From NCBI GenBank assembly GCA_963788195.1, contig CAWBGA010000002.1, positions 192,001 to 256,000 of the forward strand: a stretch of 64,000 nt of DNA. Reading direction: 5' to 3'. Shown piece after piece: positions 21,228 through 32,547 of the stretch. Under the pieces are notes generated by a model. It was not told the origin of the DNA and did no database searches. It saw only the letters and a list, made by a program, of their open reading frames with translations. Numbering within the stretch: the stretch's first letter is position 1; each line of letters begins with the position of its first letter. A program made the position numbers and the translations under genes. Source of the DNA: Nitrospirota bacterium. GTDB taxonomy: Bacteria > Nitrospirota > Nitrospiria > Nitrospirales > NS-4.

Positions 21228-21692
21228 CTACTCGGGATGTGAGAAGAGTTGTCCAAGGAATTCTCTTTGCCTGCTTGTAAATGCCGGGGCATTTCGATTC
21301 CCGGGGTCCCGCAACGTTTAGAATGCGCACGTTATGTTCCTGGACCCAAGACAGTACAGCCGCGGTGGTTGCCTCATCCTTGGAGAGATCCAGAACGAGG
21401 CAAGGCTTACCAAGACCGCCGCGCAGTCGTAATTGTGTATGCGGTGCCTTCGGAAGCGCGGCCGCGCGTTAAGACGAGCGTTCCGTCGGAGTCACGAACA
21501 TTCCATTCGGTCCGCTGCGCATACTCGCCGGTCGGTGTTTCTTTCAGCGGGTAGTAGTCCGCAAGTCGACCGTCTTCTGCCTTCCTGCCTTGGGGGCACC
21601 ATCCCGAGGACGCGATCCCAAGTTCACGGGCGACATCCAACGCGGCGCGATCGACTCCCGTCTGCCCACCGGAAACTAGTTTTATAACCAGT
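21228..21692 (-). CDS. Putative molybdenum carrier family protein, frameshifted
   Basis: [48 protein letters not shown]. Confidence 0.8.
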
Positions 21693-21708
21693 TTTTCTCC
21701 AAAGGAAG

Positions 21709-22330
21709 TTAGAAGGGTTTCTGGGCCACCCCTTGATACATGTAGCCGGCCATCTTCAGCGCACCTTCGAGATAGAAGTTCTTGAGACTTTTGATGACGA
21801 ATGGGTGCGCCTCGAGGGGAGTTCGTATGTTCCGGTTAAGGTGGCACCCATCGCCAAGGATTTTTGAGACTGGTGTGAACCGGTCTTGCCAGATGCGTAC
21901 CTTCGGGTCGGGGCTTTGTCCGTGTTCAAAGAAAAGAAACCGGCCGCCTGGCCTGAGGACGCGATAGACCTCTCCAGTCGCGCGCGCGGCGTCCGGAACA
22001 CTACACAAGGTCAGGGTGCTTACCACCGTATCGAATGCATGGTCCGGGCAGCGCCAGCGCCTCCGCACTTAATACCCTCATGTCCACGCACACCGGAGAA
22101 GCCTGGATGCGCTGTCGCGCGTGAGCGGTCATGCCGGGATTGGGATCCGCGGTTGTGAGTTTCCTGACGGCGCTGGGATAAAATGGAAGATTCACCCCTG
22201 TCCCAAAGCCGATTTCCAATACGTCGCCGGTTGCTTCCGATAAGACCTCTTGCCGAATCCGATTCAATACCTCGCGGTCCATGGCCCAATCCATGAGCCA
22301 TGGAAAGATCCTCCTGGAGTAGAAGGACAT
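21709..22330 (-). CDS. Class I SAM-dependent methyltransferase, frameshifted
   Basis: [35 protein letters not shown]. Confidence 0.88.
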
Positions 22331-22335
22331 TCACT

Positions 22336-22432
22336 CATTGCACCCACCCTGCCCCGCGGCATGCCGGGACAGCCGTTCCTGCCCATGGGACAGGCTTTTG
22401 TCCCGTGGGACGAAACTCCTTTGCCCCTATTG
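22336..22432 (-). repeat. Nested variant of the G-rich hairpin repeat
   Basis: Minus strand contains CCCACGGGACAAAAGCCTGTC (as at 1215-1235) and GGGTGGGTGCAATG. Confidence 0.8.
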
Positions 22433-22446
22433 CGCACGAAGAACGT

Positions 22447-23928
22447 CTAGCTCTTGTTGAGTCGCTCTTCGAAGGATGCGAGATTTTTGCGAAGCTCAGG
22501 AACGCGGGGATCGCCCTTGAGCGATTCGAGGTTGGTCATGACGACCATGATTGCTGCGCGGCCGGCGGCTTGTGCCAGTGAAGCGCCCACCCTCAGGTCC
22601 GCGGCAAGGTGGTCCGACGCCAATGGAATCAACTGCCGCAAGGTTTCCATTCCCTGCACCGACCACTCGAGGATAGCCAACGGCACTGCTGTGGCGATCG
22701 CCATGGCCTGCTGCATCGCGCTAGCGCGGTCCGGATCGAGTTTGGATCGCTTGGAAGCCGCGAGCACACCCGCATAGGCCTGTGCGTCTTCCCGCACCGC
22801 GGCCTGTAGTTTATCCCGCAACCGAGCCAAAGCTTTTTGGGCCGGCTGAACGTGGTGTTTATTCGTCGTCGCCTGGTCATCGTGAAGCAAAACCTCTGAT
22901 ACCATCACTCCCAAGGACACAGCGCAAGCCGCGGTCATTGCGGCGACGCTTGCTCCACCCGGTCCGGGCATGGGTGTGGAGACAGCCTCCAAAAAGGGGC
23001 TGACCATCGCGGCCAGATCCTGCGTCATGGCTTGGATCATCCGGGCTTCGAGTACCTGATCGGTCTGAAATTTCTCCAGCTTCAGGAAATGCCCGGCAAC
23101 TTGCGCAACTGCGTTCTCTGGAATCAGCCCGATCACTTCGCTGCTATGGACCTCGATCCCCCGTTTGAGCGCTTCGGACTCGACGGCTTCAAAGGCGACA
23201 TACACGGGCGTTTCTTCGTAGTTCGTCAAATTCATGGAGACTTGCACCATGCTGCGGCTCTTGAGCGCGATGCCGACGGCTTTGACGGCGGGGAGGCCGC
23301 CGTTGGATTCCCTCACGGTTTGGGCGATAACTTTCGCGATGTTTAGGTCCTGGCTGGCCAAGTTCACGTTGTAAGCGATGAGCGGACTTCGCGCTCCCAC
23401 GATTGTCACGCCGGCGGTCCGGTGCAGTTTCGCGTCTCCGAAATCCGGCGCCCACTTCGGATCGAGCCGCATACGCTCTGCCAGGCCCTCCAGGCCTTCC
23501 CGCCGTATATCTTCAATGCGCCTGCGAAATGGCGCCGGGGCGGCCTGCTCATACAGGAACACGGGGATCCGCAGTTCGTCGGCTAACTGCCGGCCGACGT
23601 GCCTGGCGATCTGGACGCACGTATCCATCGTGACGCCACGAATCGGGACAATGGGGATCACATCGGTGGCGCCCACGCGGGGGTGTTCTCCCCGATGAGT
23701 AGTCAGATCGATGCGTAAAAGCGCTTCTCGGGCGGCGAGCAAGGCTGCCTCGGCTACGGCATCCGGTGTGCCGACAAATGTGATGACCGTGCGGTTGTGG
23801 TCGGCATCGCTTTGCCGATCAAGCAAGACCACGCCGGAAACGGAGCGGATGGCGCTCAGCAGTGCTTCAATGGTTTCGGCGTTGCGACCTTCACTAAAGT
23901 TGGGAACACATTCAACGAGACGGTTCAT
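22447..23928 (-). CDS. ftcD: Glutamate formimidoyltransferase fused to cyclodeaminase-like domain
   Basis: LVECVPNFSEGR, DHNRTV, GEHPRVGATDV, VQVSMN; C-terminal PGPGGASVAA. Confidence 0.9.
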   Translation of the reverse strand: MNRLVECVPNFSEGRNAETIEALLSAIRSVSGVVLLDRQSDADHNRTVITFVGTPDAVAEAALLAAREALLRIDLTTHRGEHPRVGATDVIPIVPIRGVTMDTCVQIARHVGRQLADELRIPVFLYEQAAPAPFRRRIEDIRREGLEGLAERMRLDPKWAPDFGDAKLHRTAGVTIVGARSPLIAYNVNLASQDLNIAKVIAQTVRESNGGLPAVKAVGIALKSRSMVQVSMNLTNYEETPVYVAFEAVESEALKRGIEVHSSEVIGLIPENAVAQVAGHFLKLEKFQTDQVLEARMIQAMTQDLAAMVSPFLEAVSTPMPGPGGASVAAMTAACAVSLGVMVSEVLLHDDQATTNKHHVQPAQKALARLRDKLQAAVREDAQAYAGVLAASKRSKLDPDRASAMQQAMAIATAVPLAILEWSVQGMETLRQLIPLASDHLAADLRVGASLAQAAGRAAIMVVMTNLESLKGDPRVPELRKNLASFEERLNKS

Positions 23929-24048
23929 CGGTCCTCCTAAAAGCAATGACCCTAGCGAGTCGGCTCAACATCTGTCAAGCATCCCTACCTTCTCCAAGAT
24001 ACTTCCAGTATGCTACCCTGCTGCCGGACATTTGCCTCGAGGACATCG

Positions 24049-25723
24049 ATGACGAGATCTCTCAAGCACAAGAGCCACGAACTGACCGAAGGCCCTGGCC
24101 GGGCCCCCGCGCGCGCTATGCTGAAAGCAGTGGGATTCACCGATGACGATCTCGCCCGCCCGTTGATTGGGGTCGCGAATACCTGGATCGAGGTCATGCC
24201 GTGCAATTATCACTTGCGGCGCCTCTCGGAGAGGGTCAAGGCGGGGATCCGTGCGGCCGGCGGCACGCCCATTGAATACAATACCATTGCGGTCTCAGAT
24301 GGGATCGCGATGGGGACAGAAGGGATGAAGGCCTCATTGATCAGTCGCGAGGTGATTGCGGATTCCGTGGAGTTGGTGGCTCGCGGGCACTTGTTCGATG
24401 GCGTTGTGGCGCTTTCGGGGTGCGATAAGACGATTCCGGGCACTGTGATGGCGCTGGCCCGGTTGGACCTTCCATCTCTCATGCTGTACGGCGGCTCCAT
24501 CATGCCCGGGCAATTTCAAGGTCATGACGTCACGATCCAGGACGTATTTGAAGGGGTGGGCAAGTACGCAGCGGGGAAGATGACCCCAATGGAGCTTCGC
24601 GACCTCGAGAATCATGCTTGTCCGGGCGCCGGCGCCTGTGGCGGGCAGTTCACGGCGAACACCATGGCGATCGCGTTTGAATTCCTCGGCATCTCGCCAA
24701 TGGGCTTTAACGGCGTGCCGGCGATGGATCCTCGTAAGGATGAGGTCGCCTTTCAGTGCGGTCAGCTCATCATGGATTTGCTGCGTGCAGATCTGCGGCC
24801 GAAACACATCATCACGCGCTCGTCGCTTGAGAATGCCATTGCCGCCGTGGCGACGACGGGCGGCTCAACGAATGCCGTGCTCCACCTGCTTGCCATTGCG
24901 AAGGAGGCAGGAGTTCCTTTGAGCATCGACGACTTTGATATCATCAACCGGAGTGTGCCATTGCTTGCTGACCTGAAGCCTGGTGGAAGGTTTATGGCCG
25001 CCGATCTTTTCGCAGCAGGTGGCACGACACTCGTAGCAAAACGTTTAATGGACGCCGGCATTCTTCATGCGCATCAACCCACAGTGACGGGTCGTACGAT
25101 CGGTGAGGAAGCCCGGCTGGCCACGGAAACCTCCGGCCAAGAGGTGTTACGCCCTCTATCCAATCCCATCAAGACCACAGGCGGGCTGGTTGTTCTCAAA
25201 GGCAACCTGGCGCCGGAAGGGTGTGTGGTCAAAGTCGCCGGACATGAAAGAATGTCGCATCAGGGGCCGGCGAAAGTCTTTGAGCGTGAAGAGGACGCCT
25301 TTGTCGCCGTTCAACGCGGCGAAATTATAGCCGGGGATGTTGTGGTGATCCGTTACGAAGGCCCGCAGGGTGGTCCGGGCATGCGTGAGATGCTGGGCGT
25401 GACGGGAGCGATCGTCGGCGCCGGGTTGGGGGAGTCTGTGGCGTTATTGACCGACGGCCGCTTTTCAGGCGCCACCCATGGGCTGATGGCCGGGCACGTC
25501 GCGCCGGAAGCGGCCAGGGGCGGGCCGATTGCGGCGCTGCAAAACGGGGATATCATCGTTCTCGATGTGCCTACCCGCCGGTTGGACGTGCAACTCTCAA
25601 CCGACGAGATCAAGCTCCGGCTCAGTCGGTGGACAGCCTCCCGCGCCGCGCTATACCATCGGCGTGATGGCTAAATACGCGAGGCACGTCTCCTCAGCTT
25701 CTGAGGGCGCCGTCACGAGCTAG
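24049..25723 (+). CDS. ilvD: Dihydroxy-acid dehydratase, frameshift near 3' end
   Basis: PCNYHL, SDGIAMG, GCDKTIPG, CGGQFTANTM, GGPGMREML, TDGRFSG. Confidence 0.96.
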
Positions 25724-25910
25724 AGAGACTTCGCTTTTTTAAGTCTTTCTGATTTGACGATTATTATCTCTCCGTGATAAACTTTCCGTTCTTACCTTGC
25801 TGATTTTCCATAGTATTTGGCATTTTAAAAAGGGCCGTCGGTTCGCTCAGTAGGGCACCGATAAAAATGGCAGCAGCAGAAACGAATCTTCTTACGAACA
25901 GGAGTCTGCT

Positions 25911-27686
25911 ATGAAGCTCACGGGAGCCGAAATCTTTCTGGAAAGTCTTAAGTGCGAAGGGGTGAAGACTCTTTTCGGGCTCCCGGGTGGTGTCGTCCTC
26001 AAGATTTTCGACATCCTTCATCAGCAGAAGGACATTGAGGTCATCCTCACGCGGCACGAACAAGGCGCCGGCCATATGGCCGAGGGCTACGCGAAAGCTA
26101 CCGGCAAGCCAGGGGTCGCGCTTGTGACATCGGGCCCAGGCATGACCAATATCGTGACCCCTTTGGTGGACGCCTATATGGATTCCGTGCCGATTGTCGT
26201 GTTCACCGGTCAGGTGCCCACGCATCTCATCGGCAACGACGCCTTTCAGGAGGCCGACAATGTGGGCATCAGCCGGCCATGCACCAAGTACAATTTCTTG
26301 GTCAAGGACGTGAACGATCTTGCTCAGACCATCAAAGAGGCTTTTTATCTGGCAATGACAGGAAGGCCGGGTCCGGTGCTGGTGGACATTCCCAAAGATG
26401 TTGCCATGAACAAGGGAGATTTTCGCTATCCCGACAGCGTCTCGATCCGTGGATACAATCCCACGATTGAAGGAAATAAATGGCAGATCAAGCAGGCCGT
26501 GGAAGCCATCCACAAGTCGAAGAAGCCCATCATCTATGTCGGAGGCGGGGCGGTGTTTTCCAATGCCCACGCTGAACTTCTGGAGTTTGCAGAGCTCACG
26601 CAAATACCCGTCGATATGACATTGATGGCTCTGGGCGTATTTCCCGGCTCGCACCCATTATCTCTCGGGATGATGGGAATGCACGGCTCCTACGCGTCAA
26701 ACATGGCGGTACATTACTCGGATCTGGTGATTGCAATTGGCTCTCGGTTCGATGACCGGGTGACCGGTAAGGTGTCCGAGTTCTGTCCCGAGGCCAAGGT
26801 CATCCACATAGATATCGATCCGACGTCGATCCGTAAGAATGTTCAAGTGGACATTCCGGTGGTCGGCGACGTCAAAGCCGTGCTTCGTGAGCTGAACGCC
26901 ATGCTGCGTGCCACGCCGAACGGCAACTCAATTGAACAGCGAAAGCCGTGGCGCAATCAGATCGATGAATGGCAGGAAAAGCATCCGATGACCTATGTCC
27001 AACCGCCGGATGCTCAGATCAAGCCTCAGTACATCATTGACCGGCTCTATGAGCTCACCCGAGACAGGGACCCCATCGTGGCGACGGATGTGGGGCAGCA
27101 TCAGATGTGGGCCGCCCAGCATTTCCGGCTCAACAAGCCTCGCAAGTGGCTGACGTCGGGAGGCCTGGGGACCATGGGATTCGGGTTGCCGGCGGCCCTC
27201 GGCGCGCAGGCGGCTTTTCGGGATCAGTTGGTGCTGTGCATTGCGGGTGACGGCAGCATCCAGATGAACATGCAGGAGATGGCCACCGCCATGATCTCGA
27301 GGCTTCCCGTGAAGACGTTCATCTTGAACAACCACTTTCATGGAATGGTCAGGCAATGGCAGGACCTCTTCTACGAGGGCCGCTATGCGTCTTCGTATCT
27401 GGATACCGTCCCCGACTTCGTCAAAATGGCCGAGGCCTTCAATGCGGTGGGCTTGCGGGCCACCAAAGTTTCGGAAGTGGATGACGTCATCAAAGAATCG
27501 CTGAAGACCGATAAGCCCGTTCTTGTGGACATCGAAGTCGACGCCTATGAAAATTGCTATCCGATGATTCCGGCGGGCGGCGCCAACAATGAAATGATTC
27601 TTGAAGACCCGCCGGAGATGAAACGCGGAGCCAAGCCGGCCTCCAAGGTGGCGGGCGAAGATAAGGATACTGTCCTGACCGCGTAA
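25911..27686 (+). CDS. ilvB: Acetolactate synthase large subunit
   Basis: [42 protein letters not shown]. Confidence 0.96.
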   Translation: MKLTGAEIFLESLKCEGVKTLFGLPGGVVLKIFDILHQQKDIEVILTRHEQGAGHMAEGYAKATGKPGVALVTSGPGMTNIVTPLVDAYMDSVPIVVFTGQVPTHLIGNDAFQEADNVGISRPCTKYNFLVKDVNDLAQTIKEAFYLAMTGRPGPVLVDIPKDVAMNKGDFRYPDSVSIRGYNPTIEGNKWQIKQAVEAIHKSKKPIIYVGGGAVFSNAHAELLEFAELTQIPVDMTLMALGVFPGSHPLSLGMMGMHGSYASNMAVHYSDLVIAIGSRFDDRVTGKVSEFCPEAKVIHIDIDPTSIRKNVQVDIPVVGDVKAVLRELNAMLRATPNGNSIEQRKPWRNQIDEWQEKHPMTYVQPPDAQIKPQYIIDRLYELTRDRDPIVATDVGQHQMWAAQHFRLNKPRKWLTSGGLGTMGFGLPAALGAQAAFRDQLVLCIAGDGSIQMNMQEMATAMISRLPVKTFILNNHFHGMVRQWQDLFYEGRYASSYLDTVPDFVKMAEAFNAVGLRATKVSEVDDVIKESLKTDKPVLVDIEVDAYENCYPMIPAGGANNEMILEDPPEMKRGAKPASKVAGEDKDTVLTA

Positions 27687-27705
27687 ATTGCCGTTTTGAC
27701 GCCGC

Positions 27706-27804
27706 TGTCATTCTGAGCACAGCCGTCATTCTGAGCGCAGCGAAGAATCTGGGCGGGATTGGACGAAATCTATATATAGATCCTTCGCGAAACTCAGGAT
27801 GACA
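27706..27804. repeat. REP-like palindrome TGTCATTCTGAGCGCAGCGAAGAATCT...AGATCCTTCG...CTCAGGATGACA
   Basis: Imperfect inverted repeat between ilvB and ilvN; relatives at about 28420-28446, 44256-44347, 55471-55497, 57670-57697. Confidence 0.85.
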
Positions 27805-27878
27805 AATGGGAGGCCAGGATAACAACTGGAAGGCTTCGCAGGGGCTTGTGATGAGGCGAGCACAAGGAGAATAGAGTC

Positions 27879-28403
27879 GTGGAGCATATTGTTTCGGTTC
27901 TCGTGGAAAACAAGTTCGGCGTGTTGTCCCGGATCGCGAACCTCTTCAGCGGGCGCGGCTACAACATTGAAACGCTGTCGGTCGCGCCGACCCTGGATCC
28001 CTCGATGTCCATGATGACGATTGTCACATCGGGGGACGATCGGATCATCGAGCAGATCGTCAAGCAGCTCAACAAGCTGATCGACGTGATCAAGGTCGTA
28101 GATCTGAACGAGAGCGAATTCGTGGAGCGTGAGATGGCGCTTATCAAAATTCACACGCGGCCGGAGGACCGGGCGGAAGCTCTTCGAATCGCCGACATTT
28201 TTCGCGCAAAAGTAGTTGATTCCACCCCCTCGACCTACACTGTTGAGATCACCGGGGACGTGAAGAAAGTGGAGGCGGCGATCAATCTTCTGCAGCCTCT
28301 GGGTATCAAGGAGTTGGTCCGGACGGGGCGGGTGGCGATCGCCCGCGAGCCGGTGCGCTCGACGGCAGCGCAACCCAAACGCGCATTAAAAGAAGAAAAA
28401 TAG
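27879..28403 (+). CDS. ilvN: Acetolactate synthase small subunit
   Basis: SVLVENKFGVLSRI, GRGYNI, KQLNKLIDV, ELVRTG. Confidence 0.95.
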   Translation: MEHIVSVLVENKFGVLSRIANLFSGRGYNIETLSVAPTLDPSMSMMTIVTSGDDRIIEQIVKQLNKLIDVIKVVDLNESEFVEREMALIKIHTRPEDRAEALRIADIFRAKVVDSTPSTYTVEITGDVKKVEAAINLLQPLGIKELVRTGRVAIAREPVRSTAAQPKRALKEEK

Positions 28404-28456
28404 CGCCTCCGTGAAGGTCTAGAATCTTCGCTGCGCTCAGAATGACTAATGGATGA

Positions 28457-29488
<1,032 letters not shown>

Positions 29489-29491
29489 GAC

Positions 29492-30144
29492 ATGGCGGAT
29501 CAGGCGAGTGGATGGCCGATAGCCAAAGAAGGCTTGCCTTTCTGCATGGCCGCCGCGGCTTGCGGGGCCGGCGCTGCGGCTTTAGGATTGACCGGGCTCG
29601 GCGCCGTTTTTCTGGCCGGCACGACTATTTATCGCGTGGTTTTTCCGGAATCCCTCGCGAGCGGTCCCCCAGGCCCCCAAGCTGGTTGTCTCGCCGGGAG
29701 ACGGGCGAATAATGGCAGTGGTAAAGGAAGAGGAGCCGCGTTTCTTAAAGGACCAGGCGACGCGGGTGAGCATATTTCTCAGCCCCCTGAACGTCCATAT
29801 CAACCGAATCCCGTGTGAGGGTACTGTGACTGCCGTGGCTCATTCTGCTGGAAAGTTTCTGGTGGCGAGCCGTCCCAGGCGCCACGCTCGAAAATGAGCA
29901 GACCGCCGTGCTCATCGAGACCGATGAGGGCCACCGGGTGCTGTGTGTTCAGGTCGCGGGGTACGTGGCGCGCCGGATCGTCACGTGGTTAAGACTTGGG
30001 GAACGGGTGGCTCGCGGCGAGCGGTATGGCTTGATCCGGTTTGGATCGCGCATGGATCTCTATCTGCCGAGACTCGCCGAGGTAAAGGTTGAAGTTGGTG
30101 GTCGGGTCCGCGGAGGCGAAACAGTGATTGGAGTGCTGCCGTGA
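29492..30144 (+). CDS. psd: Phosphatidylserine decarboxylase proenzyme, frameshifted
   Basis: IAKEG, SIFLSPLNVHINR, QVAG..ARRI, IRFGSRMD. Confidence 0.9.
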
Positions 30145-30968
30145 AGTACAACGCTCAGAGGCACGAAATGAAGCCCATAAGGCCACGGCTTCGGGTGCGC
30201 AGGCGCCAAGCCATTTATCTCATCCCTAACCTGTTCACGACGGGGAATTTATTCTGCGGGCTGTACGCTATCATTGCGTCCTTTAACGGAAACTATCTCC
30301 ACGCCTCGATTGCGATTTTGGTGGCGCTGATCTTCGATGTCTTGGATGGACAGTCTGCGCGACTCACTAAAACGACAAGCCAATTCGGTGTTGAGTACGA
30401 CTCTTTGGCCGACCTCGTTTCCTTCGGGCTTGCCCCGGCGGTGTTGATCTATGCCTGGGCCCTACACGCTCACGGCGTTATAGGCCTGGCGGTCGTCTTC
30501 GCGTTCGTCGGCTGTGGTGCGTTAAGACTGGCGCGCTACAATGTGCAAACGATCACCGGCGACAACCGTTATTTTACGGGCCTGCCGATTCCGGGCGCCG
30601 CAGGCGTGCTGGCCTCGCTTATTCTCTTCGATCACCACATTTTTCAACTCGGGCAAACCGTTAAGCCGTTGTTGGTCCTGGTCGTCTCCTTCTTGCTGTC
30701 GTTTTTGATGGTCAGTACGATTAAATACGCAAAGTTCAGAGGGATGCGGTTTCACGAGGGCGAAGGCTTCGTTTATCTGGTGTGGGGGGTGCTGGGAATC
30801 ATGTTGATTGCCGCCATGCCGCCGGTCGCATTATTTACGTTGTTCGCAGGTTACGCCGTCTCTGGCGTCGTGATGTGGCTGCTAGCCCTTGTGAGGCCGG
30901 CGGCGCGCCGACCCGTCATGCAGGAACGCCCATCTTCTTCACTTTCCTCAGGAGAGAGAGAGGGTTAA
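30141..30968 (+). CDS. pssA: CDP-diacylglycerol-serine O-phosphatidyltransferase
   Basis: PNLFTTGN, DVLDG..AR, YDSLADLVSFG, LRLARYN, FTGLPIP. Confidence 0.93.
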   Translation: MKYNAQRHEMKPIRPRLRVRRRQAIYLIPNLFTTGNLFCGLYAIIASFNGNYLHASIAILVALIFDVLDGQSARLTKTTSQFGVEYDSLADLVSFGLAPAVLIYAWALHAHGVIGLAVVFAFVGCGALRLARYNVQTITGDNRYFTGLPIPGAAGVLASLILFDHHIFQLGQTVKPLLVLVVSFLLSFLMVSTIKYAKFRGMRFHEGEGFVYLVWGVLGIMLIAAMPPVALFTLFAGYAVSGVVMWLLALVRPAARRPVMQERPSSSLSSGEREG

Positions 30969-30977
30969 TATCACGCC

Positions 30978-32522
30978 ATGGCCCGCATGATCCGTATATT
31001 CGATACGACACTTCGCGACGGCGAGCAATCGCCCGGCGCGGCGATGAACCTCGAAGAGAAGCTGATGATTGCGAAACAACTCGCCCGCCTGAATGTTGAC
31101 GTCATCGAGGCGGGCTTCGCATACAGCTCACCCGGAGACTTCGAGGCAGTCCGCCGGATCGCGCAGGAAGTGGAGGGGCCCGTTATCTGCAGTCTGGCGC
31201 GCGCTCGTCCCGAGGATGTGGATAGGGCATGGGAGGCTCTGCGTGGTGCACCGAAGATCCGTATCCATACATTTATCTCCACATCGGATATCCATCTCAA
31301 ACACCAGTTTCGGCTGACGAGGGATCAGGCCCGTGACCGTGCAGTCGAAATGGTGCAGCGCGCCAAGGGGTATCTCGACGATGTGGAATTCTCTCCGATG
31401 GATGCCACGCGCTCCGAGCCAAAGTATCTGTACGAGGTGCTGGAGGCGGTCATTGAAGCGGGGGCCACTACGGTCAACATCCCTGATACCGTCGGATACG
31501 CGGCGCCTCAGGAATTCGGAATGCTGATTCGCGGGATCCGGGAGAATGTGCCGAACATCAAGAAGGCGATCATTTCCGTGCATTGCCACAACGATCTCGG
31601 GGTGGCGGTGGCCAACTCCTTGGCGGCGATTGTGGAAGGGGCGGGCCAGGTGGAATGCACCATCAATGGGATCGGCGAGCGCGCGGGGAACGCCTCATTG
31701 GAGGAGATCGCAATGGGCCTGCGCACCCGGAAAGACTTCTATGGCGCGGATACCGGGATTCGCACGGAAGAGATCGTCAAGAGCAGTCGTCTGGTCAGCA
31801 GCATCACCGGAATGGTCGTGCAGCCGAACAAGGCCATTGTCGGCGCGAATGCGTTTTCGCACGCCTCAGGGATTCACCAGGACGGATTCTTAAAAGAAAA
31901 AACGACGTACGAAATCATGCGTCCTGATACCATCGGTTTGGGCAAGAGCACGCTTGTGATGGGCAAGCTGTCGGGGCGCCATGCCTTCAGGCAACGGCTG
32001 GAAGAATTGGGTTACAAGCTGACCGACGAAGAGCTCGGCAAGGCATTCGAGCGTTTTAAAAAGCTGGCCGATCAGAAAAAGGAAGTGTACGAAGAGGACC
32101 TCGAGGTGATTCTCTCGGAAGAGCTTCGCGCGGTTCCCGAGACCTACAAACTCAGGTCCCTGCGCGTTGAAAGCGGCACGAATCTCGTTCCGAAGGCTGA
32201 AATTGAGCTCGAAATAGACGGCAAGCCCTTCCGGCAGATAGGCAACGGCGATGGCCCTGTGGACGCCGCGTATCGGACGATCGCGATCATGACCGAGACC
32301 AAGAGCACGCTATTGACCTATGTCGTGAAAGCGATCACCGGCGGCACCGACGCGCAAGGTGAGGTGATGGTGAAAGTGGAAGAGGGCTCAAAGACCGTGA
32401 TCGGTCACGGGTCGGACACTGATATTATTGTCGCCTCAGCCAAGGCCTACTTAAACGCGCTCAACAAGCTTGTTCACTGGAAGACACGCAAGGACGAAAC
32501 GATCAGCTACAAACAGGCCTAG
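30978..32522 (+). CDS. leuA: 2-isopropylmalate synthase
   Basis: FDTTLRDGEQSPG, HCHNDLG, GERAGNA, SGIHQDG, regulatory domain GPVDA. Confidence 0.96.
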   Translation: MARMIRIFDTTLRDGEQSPGAAMNLEEKLMIAKQLARLNVDVIEAGFAYSSPGDFEAVRRIAQEVEGPVICSLARARPEDVDRAWEALRGAPKIRIHTFISTSDIHLKHQFRLTRDQARDRAVEMVQRAKGYLDDVEFSPMDATRSEPKYLYEVLEAVIEAGATTVNIPDTVGYAAPQEFGMLIRGIRENVPNIKKAIISVHCHNDLGVAVANSLAAIVEGAGQVECTINGIGERAGNASLEEIAMGLRTRKDFYGADTGIRTEEIVKSSRLVSSITGMVVQPNKAIVGANAFSHASGIHQDGFLKEKTTYEIMRPDTIGLGKSTLVMGKLSGRHAFRQRLEELGYKLTDEELGKAFERFKKLADQKKEVYEEDLEVILSEELRAVPETYKLRSLRVESGTNLVPKAEIELEIDGKPFRQIGNGDGPVDAAYRTIAIMTETKSTLLTYVVKAITGGTDAQGEVMVKVEEGSKTVIGHGSDTDIIVASAKAYLNALNKLVHWKTRKDETISYKQA

Positions 32523-32547
32523 CCTGGTTTACACTCGTCGCGATTCC

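Noticed and set aside
25724..25910. ilv leader-peptide attenuator or T-box
   Set aside because: No Ile/Leu/Val-rich leader peptide, T-box motif or clear terminator was found.
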